This document shows, in pieces, positions 37,974 through 50,874 of a stretch of DNA of 64,000 nt. The translations under genes were made by a program, and so were the position numbers. Where the stretch lies: positions 231,371 to 295,370 of the forward strand of contig NMRA01000229.1 of NCBI GenBank assembly GCA_002633005.1. The letters run 5' to 3'. Under the pieces are notes generated by a model that saw only the letters and a program-made list of their open reading frames with translations, was not told the origin of the DNA and made no database searches. The DNA is from Phoronis australis (Eukaryota > Animalia > Phoronida). The stretch's first letter is position 1; every line of letters starts with the position of its first letter.

Positions 37974-38868
37974 TGTCAGAATAAATATTGATTAAGTAAT
38001 TAGTAAGAATAGATCCATTTTACGTTGCCCAAAATTTGTGCATATGTACTTTTAAATCATGGGGTCAAACTTATTGAAATGTAATTTAACATCAAAATCT
38101 ATTTTTAGATGGTGTTTACAACTTTGGTTCTAGGGTCAAGGCATTCTAGAGATTCTAGAAATTTCTGAGAACAAATCGTAACAGTCAATGATATGATTGT
38201 ATATGATCATGTGGGTTTTATTAGCCGATCGTTAAATAAGTAGATTATTATAAGTTGGGCTAAAATTAAGAGGATATTCAGATGAGCTATAGCAGTTGAA
38301 GCATAAAGACTTGTTGCAGTGTACAGAGGAAATTGTACAACAGAGCCATCTAGTGGAAGATTCTAAAGAGGATCTCGGCAAGGGCAAGGGTTACGATCAG
38401 GAAGTTAACTAACGGCTTGCCACATCGTGGGTAGTAAGTTACTGCCTGAAGTGTTGCGTCACCAGAGACTGTGACCAGCAAGAAGAATTGTGGATAGAAG
38501 AAACTTCCTGCAAGCGTTGTGTCACCATGCAGGGACTGTGATCAGCAAGTACACTGTCGCAATACAGTGTGTGTAGTTCGAAGATTCACCAACAGGACTG
38601 TCATTCAACAAATGGAGAGTACTACAGCTTGGATAATAGATAAGACATTTGATTATTTTGGTTGATTGATTGAAGTAAGCTTTAAAGAGGGCGCTACCGT
38701 AGTTACTCTTCTTTGTATTTGATTACTTAATTAACAACAGGTTTCACTTGTGTAATGAATGGTTATCATGTAATAAATTTATTAATGGATTTAAACGTTC
38801 TCTCTCCATCTACTCACACTCTCAAAGCATAGCTACCTTTTAAACAAACCCAAAGTCAATTTCTGACA
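37974..38868. mobile_element. Solo LTR of an LTR retrotransposon (~895 bp)
   Basis: TG...CA ends with an 8-bp terminal inverted repeat (TGTCAGAA/TTCTGACA), flanked by the 5-bp TSD GCAAC at 37969-37973 and 38869-38873. AATAAA near 38772. Confidence 0.82.
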
Positions 38869-40129
38869 GCAACTTTTCATTTTTTTTCAGAGAAAAGGGT
38901 AAAAGTCAGATTTATGATAGCCCCTCAAGCGAAAGTGAAGAAAATAAAAAATTCAGATATAGAACATTTTAGAACAGAGCACAGACTATAACATGTGAGC
39001 GTTTTATATGAAACCGATCAGCCATTTCTGAGATATGATGTCCAGAAGTAAGCAAAACTTTCTAGGTTATTACGTAACATTAATACCTGCACTCGTAGCC
39101 AAATACCTAAACTACTGTCAATGCAGCAAAAGTATACATATTTCTGAAAGTAGAAAGCTAGTGCGATTCGATTTTCAATCCTAAACCATTTTGCCAGTAA
39201 TGGGTTACGTGATGATGCCTTGAAAGTAAAAATACGTACATTCGTTCCAGCTAAACAACGGTACAGTCAATTCCGTGACAGCGTTTTCCCGTTCAGTGAC
39301 TTTACCAGACGTAAGGGGTTCTGAGCGTGTGATAACATCTAGCTTCTTTGTTAACTGCCAAGTACACTGTTTTGTCCGTTACCACAACAAGCAGGCCAAT
39401 TATGTACCAAGCATATTACAGAACACGTGTGAACACAGTCAAACTCAGAGGGAATTGGTGTATTCGGAAAGAATAGATTGTCGTAACTTCGGTTGCAGTT
39501 GGGCGATTTTGGCGATTCAAAAACTAAATATGATCAACATTTGACGACGACTTCAAAAATGCTATTGGTTTATGTTCAAATATGTTGTAACTTTTAACTT
39601 TTCTTTTAACAGCTCAGCCCAGTCAGGGTAGAAACGATCTAATTGGAGATTAGACTAATTATCGTACAAAAGAGATTTGCCCCTCCAACCATTAATGCCA
39701 GAATGGAAATAATCAGTCGTGTAAGATATTGGCTGCTGGGGTAAACTTCCCAACTTTTTGTTGGGCTATAGAATCGAGCAAGTTGGGAGCAACGGGAAAA
39801 CGCCGTAATGCCACGTTTTCTTTTCGTTTTTGTAGCGTGCAACTTTTCCTAAAAATACATAAGTACCTCAGTGACTACGAAATATTTTAAAAGCAGTTTC
39901 TGCCACCGGTTTGAGGAACAGTGCATAAATTATAAAACAATATGAATCCGATGAGTTGCTCAGGTATTCCCAAGAATGAAGAACAGCATCTGGTGTCTTA
40001 GATGTATTGGAAGTGCGTTGAGCTATACCATGAACGGATATACAGTTAATGTAAGCTACATTGAGGCGGTTCGCTCATTTTTTCAAAAACATCATGAGCC
40101 GTTACCCTCCCATTTTTTCACTGTGATAT

Positions 40130-41170
40130 ATATTTATTGAAGGATACACAGAACATACAAAGAAATAATAACAAACCCAGAAACGGCGAAGCATTATATC
40201 TGGGTTGTAAACAATTCATAAATGAAACTTATATACATAGAGGTACATGTATATACAATTAAGTAGTATCTAAAATAAGTATTCCAATACTTAGACATGC
40301 TATTACAGATATATAAAAACAAAAATATGTACAGATTCATGTAGGGAAATCAGATGCAACAATATTGATAAACGGTACATAAAAATTTGCTAACGTTGCT
40401 TAGGAGGAATTCGTTGAGAACAAAGTCAAGGTTAGGACTACCATTCAGTAATAATGTAACTCTAGTAGGGATATTATTACAAGAATTGAGAGCGTTAACA
40501 ATTGTTTGGTTATCATTGAGTGCACGAAAGAGTGAGTCTCTCAGGGATTCGATGAGGAGACATTTGAAGAAAATATGAGGATAAGATTGATGGTCACCAC
40601 ATTTGAAGTTTGGAGAGACATTACTAAAGTTGTGCCTGAACTTGTCAGAGTTGAAGAAAAGGCCACATCTTGATCTGTACAATGCTATTTCGTTATCGCG
40701 GGTAAGGGAGAATTGAGTCAAGGGTGTTGAGTTATCAAAATTATGAAAAACAGTTCTAAAATTATTTTTTATACTCGTAAAAGAGTTGCTTTCCTTAACA
40801 GAGACTGGAAGAGAATTCCAGTTGTTGATGCACATCATGACTGTAGACCTTCTGAATGCCTGACTGAACGACGGAGGGATTGCATATGGGGTGGAGGATC
40901 TCAAATCACTTGTCTAGTATATAGATCAAATATTTTTTTTGACAGACACGTTGTTGACATTGTTTATTACCTTGAAAGTAAATGTGGTCATGTGAAGATT
41001 TCGTCGAGTAGACAGTTTGGGCCACTTGAGACTATTCAAAACCTTAACACTATTGGATCCCCTGTAAGCTCCGGTTATGAGTAAGGCGGCTACGTATACT
41101 TTCAACCAACAGGACTCTGGAAACTGGCCTACGTAAACATGTAGTATTAATAATCACTTCTGCATTTGAA
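40130..41170 (-). mobile_element. 3' fragment of a CR1/L2-group LINE related to the 44.1-46.8 kb copy
   Basis: ORF 40350..40904 has ...CINNWNSLP...KCG..SYPHIFFKC, typical of a LINE ORF2 C-terminus, followed by an AT-rich 3' tail. Confidence 0.7.
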
Positions 41171-41339
41171 ATAGTGTTTATCATAATGGCTAGTATGATG
41201 AAGGTGGGTATTCACCAAGTTCATTCCCACCCGCGCGGTTCTGTCACCCGAGAGAACTCGGATCCGATACCGTAATTCAATAACTCCCTTGAATGAAAAT
41301 AAACAGTACACGTAAATCTCCCTTCCTATTTATGTAGGA

Positions 41340-43700
41340 ACCATAGAACACAACGTTTCACGAGATCCTCAGATACACTAACTCCGATACAGGGAAAATG
41401 TCTACCTTCCAAAATACCTTTGTTTGAACCTTTAAAAAAGAAACTATACACTGTTTTGGACTTTATGATTCATGAGAACCTGAAAGGGTTTCTATGAGCA
41501 AGATATATTGGGGGAAATACAAGGTCCACTTTATAATACAACACAGTATGCATTATAGCCCTGATTCTCTTATGTGTATGGTGATGGATTTTGAAAAAGC
41601 ATTTGATTCTTTGGCACGGATATTTCTTCACAATACGCTATTTTTAAAATTTGGAGGAGAATTAGGTACAGGTGTATACAGAAGTGGAACATATTATCAT
41701 TCGGTGTTCGTGAGCCTGTGCTTTACAAAATGGAATACTGTCGAAGTCTTTCGAGACCTATATGAAATACCGTCTCTCCATATTTTTTTATCTTTCAAAG
41801 AAATAGTATGATTGATGACTAGATTCAGCAGTAATATTGAAGGTATCGAAATCAATACTGCTCATTAAATCAAAATATTGCAAACGACACTGTTCCACGA
41901 ACCACTGTGAAATCGAAAAGCTTTATGCATGGAAATAAATTTGAATGGAGTCCACAGTGAAACATTTACCATGCTGTGGGTCACTTATAGCTTAGATTTA
42001 GAAACTATTCTGATCTTAAACTTTGGTAAGAATGGAGGGCAATAGATCAACCATGCAGACTGAACGACTTTTTTATACAAACAATAATTGCAGGCGGTCT
42101 GATACACGTTGTATCAGGCGTGCGCAGGAACGACTTTCAGATAACAAGACATTTTGTAAAACGTTCTTTGTGGATTTAGATAAGTAACCAAGTGTTCGCC
42201 TGGGTCGCCATACAACCTATTGTGCTACTTCTCTTCTTCTTCCCTTCTTCTCTTCTCTTCTAGGCGTTGTCCATCCACTGCAGGATGAATCCCTCCGACA
42301 ATGCCTTCCAACTTGTTCTGTCTCTTGCTGCTCTTATCCATGTTGTGCCTATCGTTTTCACGATGTCATCTCTCCATCTGGCTTGGGGCCGTCCTCTTGA
42401 TCTCTTTCCATATCTGGATTGCCACTTTGTGCATCTTTTTGTCCATCTGTTGTCCTGTGCTCTGGCCACGTGTTCGCCCCACCTCCAATTCAATTTCAGA
42501 ATTGTCTTGATTATGTCCATGACTCTTGTTTGTTCTCTTATCTCTGTGTGTGGAATCCTGTCTAGTAATTTTATTCCAAGCATTTTTCTCTCCATTGCTC
42601 TCTGTGTTGTTATTAGCTTGGCAATTGTCTGTTTTGTTAAGGTCCATGTTTGGCATCCATAGGTGATTGTGGGGATGATGCACTGGTCAAATACTTTTCT
42701 TTTCAGGGATATGGGTATGTTCTTATCTTGGAATATTTCTCTGTTTTTTCCAAAGCAACTCCATCCAGCTCTTATTCGGATTTGTATTTCATTGGTCATA
42801 CGGCTCCCCATTTGTATGGCCTGTCCCAGGTATTTATACATGTATTGTGTGACTTTTTCAATGATCTTGTTCTCCACCATTACTTGTTCATCTGTTTCAA
42901 AATTTGTCATGTACTTTGTCTTGTTGTGCAGCCGACAGGGAAAAGAACATAATTTCAAACATTGTGCTACGTCTACCACATTATGCGGAAGTGTTTAAGA
43001 AAATAACAAAAATAAGAAAGGACATAACACAGAGTAGGCGATATTTATAAATGACGTGAGGAAAAACATGATACAGATCGGCAATGAATTACATGCAAGT
43101 GCGGGCTGGGAATCAGTGTACTCTAATACCTTAAAATTTCTGTTGATGTTAATTGAGAATAATTTCCAGTATCTATATCTTGAACTAGTGTTGCATGCAA
43201 ATCCACATTTTTATAAAACAGGAGTCTTCTGCTTGTAAAGAAGCCCTAGAAACTTTGACACGTTTATTTCTATATTGTTAATTTACTGTAACTTTCTGGG
43301 AAAATGTTTCAAAAATTTTGCTTTAATGATACTAGTGAAACAATGACGAAAGTTAGTGTTTTATCTGAATTAGCGATACATATTCATCGACAAATTGTAT
43401 TACTGTTCTACCAAATTATCATACATACATGTAGATATACTGTACTGTCAAAGTTTGGGAGGCAATTTATCGTCTATTGAGATGATTTTGTGAGTGTTTT
43501 TAAAGGATTACTATTTCACAGAGAAACATATCTTTGGAAAGAATGGTAGATTTAAGGACAGATATAGTTGAATTTGGCACCTGTTCTCGAAAACTAAGTA
43601 ACCATGGAGTGAGTGTGTGGTGTTTGTGTTTATTATTACGACTGGATGTTATTGGGAACAAATGTATTTAAAGTACATACTAAGATTCTCGTTTCAACAT
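41340..43700 (+). mobile_element. Degenerate L1/Tx1-clade LINE, interrupted by the RTE insertion
   Basis: RT motif DFEKAFDSL in ORF 41494..41811. After the RTE, zf-RVT-like remnants (W..VYSNT...FQY...NP, C.E..ETL..LF..C...FW) at about 43100-43310. Boundaries are approximate. Confidence 0.6.
42228..42940 (-). mobile_element. 5'-truncated RTE-clade LINE (RT C-terminus and 3' tail)
   Basis: ORF 42260..42979 contains YKYLGQ...IRIRAGW...LKRKVFDQCIIPTITYGCQTW...RWGEHVAR..DNRWTK...RSRGRPQARWRDDI. A (GAA/GAGAA)n tail at 42228-42259 follows the stop. Confidence 0.9.
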
Positions 43701-44099
43701 TACTTAGACATGTTTTCTGTTTGAAAAGTTGTTGGCCAATTTAACCCATTTTACTAACTTTCACTGCAATTTTAGATCTTAAGTTAGTTCGTAATAAAAG
43801 CTTATTAACAAACAGCAAAGTGACCTGAGCACATAGGAAAACACTGCTTCAGTTTAAAACTGCACACGGCTTATAAAATTAGTCTAACGCACATTGTACA
43901 TCGAGATTCCTCGGTTTTTTCAAAAGCATGACCCGTTACTCTTCCGTAGGACTCTCTTGGGTCTTGTCAATGGAGAGTTTAACAATCAATTAAGTTGGAA
44001 ATTAAATTAGTATTTTTCCAGTGACTCAGATTGAAGATTGGTGGATATTTGTGAATTATCCAACCACACATTTCAGCCATCTACACGTAAGAGGTCCCG

Positions 44100-46830
44100 C
44101 ATACGAAACCGCTTCTTAATAACTCTTTCGAGAATAAACAATCAGTAAAGACTTTGTAACAATGAACAAAAGCATAATACAATAGAATACAACCCGGAAA
44201 CTGCAATGAACATTTCATCCGGTTTTAGTCAATAAACACAGTGTGTCAATAATAATGGGAATATTAAACGATTGTCATAAGAGATTACCCAAGTGAAAAA
44301 GAGAAAATTGAGATTTACTTGCAACACTTCAATTCAAGATCAGACTATCACAGACAAATCATTGGTCGGATTGCAGCACAACAAGGTTAGTTTTTACACT
44401 GAATTTACTTGAGCCATTAATAAGGAAATTGGCTTTGTCTAGTAAACTAAGGGATTAATTAAATATAGAGAACACACCAGGGTTGCTTCCGATGCCCCTG
44501 TCGTTGTTGCAAATTAATTGGACAGTCCAACAGAAAGTGAACTTTAGTCTGAATTTGCCAATAATTGATCTATTGCCAGGACTTTGAGTGACAGCTTAAC
44601 TTACATGTACCAATCACAACGCAGCATTCTTGACACACCTTCGTTTCCAAGCCGCCATTTTTACCAGACAAACAACACGTTGTCGGGTAAAACTTATTGT
44701 TTGTTTGTCGATTTTTCGCAAGGGGGGAGGGGAGCTTGCGATAGATCAATTCCACAACACAGAAACATCACTGAGGTTACGTCGAAATTTATTAGAGTTA
44801 CGATGTAAGTGAAAGTCCAGAAAGCAATCTATTGAGAGATACACCTGTATCTCGTGAGCTCTTGGTAAATATGAGGGTAGATTCGCATGACAAAGGTGAC
44901 TTTTAAAGCATGTTTTGATCATTGAAGGTGAACGACTGTCCCTTAAATTTGAAGACAGTGTATTCCAATCGCATATACACACTGGAATACTTATCTGCGA
45001 GTTGCCCTGGAGTATGATGGGGAGATTGTGAAAATAAGTGTGTTCCCCATGCCGGGCCTTCAACATTCTCTTTCACAGTTGTTAAACATAAGCTTATCAG
45101 AATCATTGTTTATGTTATTGAGATCTTTAATTGTGTGCATGGTTGTGTGTTGTTTCTTTCTTTCAGAAACTGTAAACCAATTCAGGCTTATGGGAATCTT
45201 GTTTTTTCTGAACCTTTAAATGATCCTGTGATTAAGCGTGCAGCTTGATTCAGCAAACAATCTTACTGGATCAGAACACAAGCGCTAGTGGATTAATAGA
45301 TAATGTTTCCATAGTCAAAGTGTGGCAGGACAAGTGAATTAAAAAAACCTCTAGTTGCATTGAGCATAGACGTCTTGATACAAATTTGAATCTTCTGAAT
45401 CTAATAACAACTAAGATGTGACAGTGAGCATTCAAAAAGAGATTGTTATCAAGAATAATACCTAAATGTTTATAGGTATATTTTTTGGTTTTCACTCATT
45501 TGTAAATAGTTGACCAACATGCAGAAGTGAATTTTTGGATCGTGAGAAGGAAATGACATCAATTTTTCCTGCTTTGAAATTCATTCGCCATTTGGCAGCC
45601 TACGAAGAAGGTGAGTAGACCATCATGTAGTCTCATGGATAGATGTGATTGTCTTTAGATTTGCATGAGATATTGTCGGTAAGGACTTTGATGTATGGAA
45701 GGAAAAATAATGGACCAAGAGCATTGCCCTGGGGCACACCCGAATTCACTTAACCCGGAGACGACGACATTGAATGCACGACTTCAATTCACACTGTGTG
45801 GATGAAATTGCGTAAAAAATCAAATAAACTTAATAAAGTATTACATATTCCAAATGATCTTAACTTCTAAATAGGTAGGTCATTTGCTACCAGGTCAAAG
45901 TCAATTGCTATGCCAAGGAAAATAGACCTGGCAGTATTCTAATTCTCAAACTAAATGTAAGTCTTAAATAATTTCATTGAATTGGGAAATTGTACTCTTT
46001 CCTGTTAGAACGTCAAGTTGCAGTGGGTATACAGGTATGACATTATGCGAGTTTAAATGTCCAAGGAGTTTTCGAAATAATCTTTTCTAGAATTTTGGAG
46101 AAGGTATTTGGGAATGTGATGGGGCGATAACAGAATTTTATTGAATAGTCCTGTGAGGCGTAAAGACAATTCTTTAGCTTTCATTTTTATTGGTAATGAG
46201 TTCTGAACCATTTGATTCATTAACGTCGATACTCTAAGAAGCTTTCTGACTTCTGCAGTAATAGTTTGTAGATCAATGAGTTGTTCATTGCAATTAATTG
46301 ATAGTTTATAGACGCCGTCTCGATAACTCGGATTGATGTGGACTTCGCAAAATATTCTAGAAATAATATGTATTTTCTGATTTATGTTTCATTGGTGTTT
46401 TTGTGAAAGTCTTTAAGAGAGATAAGAGTAAATATACCATTGACTGAATGGCCTCTTACATTTAAATTGTTAACAATTCTCCAGTGCTCCTCAGAGTTTT
46501 TAGACACATCATTAACGCGTTGAATAAGACCGATATTGTAATTGCAGTTTGCATTATATTCGATTAAAATGAAAAGCTTTAACACATTGTTTGAAGTGTG
46601 GATATACCTTAGTGCATTTTAAGTTCGTGTTTTATCTGGTCTGTAACCATGGTTTGTTTTAATAGTAACTAATTTGTATTTGGATGGAATATTTTCCTCT
46701 AGGACGACCGTGAGTTCTTTATTGAATCTGCTGTACATACTACAGTATCTTTGCTCAGTTTTCACTGAGAATTGCATCCCAATCGTGGTTGATTAAGTCG
46801 TTTTGCAATTGAATTTGATTTACTTTATAG
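44100..46830 (-). mobile_element. Degenerate CR1/L2-group LINE (reverse transcriptase)
   Basis: Minus-strand motifs YRPITFPNTFSKILEK (~46080-46130), GVPQGNALGPL (~45708-45740), YKHLGIILDNNL and C..DWNTL. Confidence 0.8.
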
Positions 46831-47399
46831 TATTTCCAAACACGTATTGAAATAAGACTGGCTCCTCATGAGCTGAACATGATGAAATTGACGTATGCAT
46901 CGTTTGATACACGTACATGTACCATTCAATGCAATACTCATACATGTGTATTCAAGGGTTTCACTTTTCAATTCCAGGTGCATTCTTCCTGCATAGTTGA
47001 TTATCGTGATTTTCAGGCATACGAACACTGGGTTTTGGTAAGTGCTAACTTGGGTTTCTGTTTGGACTTAATAACAAAATTTGACTCTGGAAGACAATCG
47101 TAACATGCTTCATTTAGTTTCAAGCTCATTGTGAATCTTTTTATATCAATTTAAGACAGAGAAATCTGGTGAAATTGAGAACTTCTAAACAAAAATTGGA
47201 CTTTTAATTTTCGCTTCAGATATATAAAGCAGCTAAAAATAAACTTTCTTCATAAAAAACGCATTCTACTTTGCTCGTTATTCAAACTGAAGAGGATATT
47301 TGTCGATTTCAAGGGAATTCATAGGTTTTTATTGAGTTTCATCTCTCAAAGTTGGCTTGTCACAGGGGGTCATTTTATACTCTGCGCTCGGTATCATCA

Positions 47400-49340
47400 C
47401 AGAACGAACTGCCAATTATTTCCTAGGTTGTGTTACCTATCGATGAGTTTGACCTATTTATGGAATGAATTTTCGGAAAAAAGGTTTTTCACATTGGTAC
47501 TGATTTGGTTAGACTAAAAAAGTTGTCCGTCTTAGATTTTAGGGACAGTGGAAGTCGGGCACTGTTAGTAAACTACAGGTGACGAAGAGAAAGACATCGT
47601 TCAAGAAAGTGCTTAATCAATGGGTGTCCGCACTGCCCCCAAATCTTGAATCGGTTTATCTTCGGGGTTCGTTTCCAATACGCACTCACGGGTTTACCAA
47701 AATTCATGTTCTAAAGAATGAACTAAAACGTTTAGATCTTTCGGGAAATATCTTTTTTGGCTTTCCAATCCGTGAAAAAATAATAGGGTTTGACAGTTTG
47801 GAGAACGTCAACCTTGGATCGAACAATCTACGTGGAATTCACTGTGGAATCTTTCAGAATTTGACCAATCCTGTCTGAAAATTTGTTAGCGGACACACTG
47901 GCCACAGATGAATTTGATACTTTTTTCTAAATTATGACTACAGTCGTCAAAATTGACTTATCAGGAAACGGGATTTATAAACTTTTCATCACTTGAAAAA
48001 CGTAAGGGAAGTCATTTTGCGTAACAATCGCCTTACTTCGTTACCAGCTGTCAAACATAGCTCGCTGGAGAATCTGGACCTCTCGCACAATTTTATAACA
48101 GATATTAGTGTAAATATTATTTCGAATGCTTTGATGGTAGTAGACATGTCGTCTAACCGAATAGCTTTTCTCAGCAAGGCATCTTTAGACTCGTTAGACA
48201 AATGCAACGTGACGGTTTTGCCTGCAAACAACCTCTTCAACTGCACAAGATGCGAAAGACTGGGGCTGATGGCTTCACAGACATCGTGACTTCCCACACA
48301 AATATGGGTTATTCATCAAGGACAATCACTCGCTCCACTGCTTCCAAAACACTTCATTACGACTCTCAAATGTCCGGTTGGATGACCTGCAAAACAAATG
48401 CACCTCGACTTTATGGATTTGGATGTCAGAATCTATCTTGTTATCGTTGGCAGTGTTGATAGTTAGCCTGGGAGCAGGCGATGGACTATTCGATTTTGGT
48501 TGATTCATTCTGCAAGACGGGGATACCACCGTTTACCCGTTACAGAGTACAAATACGACGCATTTCTTTGTCACAGCGGAGAGGACACATGGTGGGCTAA
48601 ACGTACATGTATACATGAACATTTAAAGAAAAACGAAGATGTTGTTTTGAAATTACCATGTATATACTACAGAGATTTTCCCGTGTTTGTACCCATTGTC
48701 GAGTGCGTTAATGATGCCATTGTCAACAGCAGATACGTAATTCTACTTATAACCAAGTAAGTGCATGTAAAATCAGCCACACATATTAGTTTTGAAAAAA
48801 TTCATCCCTCAAGATGTAGGCGATATATTTACTTCCGCTTTACTCGTGAGCCATCTGTTGCCTGATCTGAGGCTTAGTCACCTCAAATTCGTTTCCGAAA
48901 TGCTACAGCAAGTCAGATTATCTTCAGAAAAGTTGCTGTGTACTAACAAGTTCACAATTCCAATAACATTATCAATGACTATTGTGTCCCTGATCAGATT
49001 TCGTCATCTCAATGACCTTTGAACTACAGGGTGGCTAAAATGACAAAAACGCGTCTCCTGTTTGCATTTCAGAAGTATCATAAAAAGTCAATGTTGCATA
49101 TACGAGTTTTTCATTGCAAAATCCAAAGCGTTCTGCGAAGAAAATCGCAGTCGACTGATCGTTCTTGTATCATGGAGAAACTGACTGACGATGTGTTAAG
49201 AATAGCACCACGAACTCTCCAAACTCTGATGAAGGACAACGTTTATTTGGAGTGGATAGACGACGCTTTCGGACAAGAACAGTTTTGGCAGCGCTTGCAG
49301 GACAGTCTGAGGACGGAACCACAGCTTTACATACCATGCC
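47400..49340 (+). pseudogene. Toll-like receptor pseudogene (LRR ectodomain, LRRCT, TM, TIR)
   Basis: LRRs (LKRLDLSGN, LENVNLGSNNL, LENLDLSHNFI), LRRCT-like NLFNCTRC and a hydrophobic segment near 48420-48490. TIR box1 YKYDAFLCHS, then CIYYRDF..., INSRYVILLITK-like, an intron at 48757-49072, KSQCCIYEFFIAK...RLIV, and YLEW...FWQRL. Multiple frameshifts and stops. May extend upstream to about 46880. Confidence 0.88.
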
Positions 49341-50473
49341 TGGATATTTTTTTGATGTTATCATAGCCAGGTACTCTGCGATAGCTTGAACCTCAGTCAT
49401 ACTGTAAATCGTTACAGAAACCGTGAACAAAGTCCAGGTATAGGCCTACCGCGCACGTGCGTGATTTTACCCTTGCTCATTGGCCCTACTTCTCGAATAC
49501 GTCTTTATCACGTTTTACTAAGTTTTTACACCCACCACAAAATCACTTGTTATTGGCGCAGGTGTCATCTGTTCTTTTTTGTAAAAAGTACTTAGAAATT
49601 TACTCAAATAGCCTTTAGCGACAGACGCCATATTATTCACGAAGGATTGTAAGTTAGCACTCACATCGAGTAGCGGCGCCAACAGGCCGGCGCAGATCAC
49701 GCACGTGTGGAGATCACGCTAGTAGTATTTCAAGCAGCCAGACGTTTATTTTATGATATTGAGAGGAGTTTACACGTAGGATTAGTGCCAGCTTGCCGAG
49801 CAGACGACCTGTAAATGTCCTAAGTGCTGGGTTTGACGGTAGGGTAGAACCGTCAAACACTGTAACCCAGCAAGAGCACGCTCACCATCCGTGGAAAGGC
49901 TAATGACACCTGTTATTTCAAAATTTGTTGTCTTTTTTGATTTTACGTAAATATTACAAGAATAAGGAGAAAAATTATCAGTTATTTCCAAACAGTATTT
50001 TGACGTTAATTAAGTTGATGAAACTGCTGCTTAATTTCTGCTCCGCCGTTGTACACACCCGCGGCTATCAAATCATGATGGCGGAACAACCTGCGTTAGC
50101 ATTGCAATCAAATACAGTACAACGTGCAAACCAGTTTAAATGACCACATGATATTAGACCGAGTTTGGCAAAGGAGAGACTAAACCTCAAACTAATACCG
50201 AGTTTTGAATGGTATAGGTCGAAACGATCGTTCTTTGACCCAGGTGCCAATTCCCAAATCTGAGTGTCATTTCAATGTCGAAAATGACGGAGGTGTTTCT
50301 CGCATTATCAATCGAACCTCAACTTGAACTCACGAATGCATGGCGACTGGATTGAAATTTTACAGTCGTTGTTTGCAGACATTGCTGTCTACCTCTCCAC
50401 TGGCAATTCTGGGAAATACCACGTGACCCTCTAATGGTGAATTTATAGCCCATATTGCGGTGAGTGAGATCTG

Positions 50474-50874
50474 GGCCCGGTCTCTAATCTTTGTACTCGA
50501 AACGAACTCGAAACTATTTTTGGCAATTTCTCTGCTCATTTTGTGCGAACTTAAGATAATTGGTTATCAGACTGTGCTCGAATACATTATAGTTTATGCA
50601 TAGCAGTTTCTAGTTCAAGTTTTCCCTTGAAGACCCTTATATTCGTACAACAAACTCGAGTAAAAACTCGAAATTTCGAGTTCAAACTCGAACTTATTGC
50701 TTTAATATTGGGTTTACAAACAGTGAACTAAGGGAAATAAATTATCTACCTAAGTTATTGTGTACTCGAGCATAGAATAATAGACACTTATCTTGAGTTC
50801 GCCCAAAAGTAGAGTAGAAAATGACAAACCTAATTTCCAGTTCCATTTCGAGTAAAAAGATTGGAGACCGGGCC
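50474..50874. mobile_element. PIF/Harbinger-type MITE
   Basis: TIRs GGCCCGGTCTCTAATCTT...AAGATTGGAGACCGGGCC with 3-bp TSD CTG (50471-50473, 50875-50877). Imperfect palindromy continues inward. Confidence 0.75.

Noticed and set aside
42267-42998. Several overlapping plus-strand ORFs
   Set aside because: Antisense shadows of the RTE reverse-transcriptase ORF.
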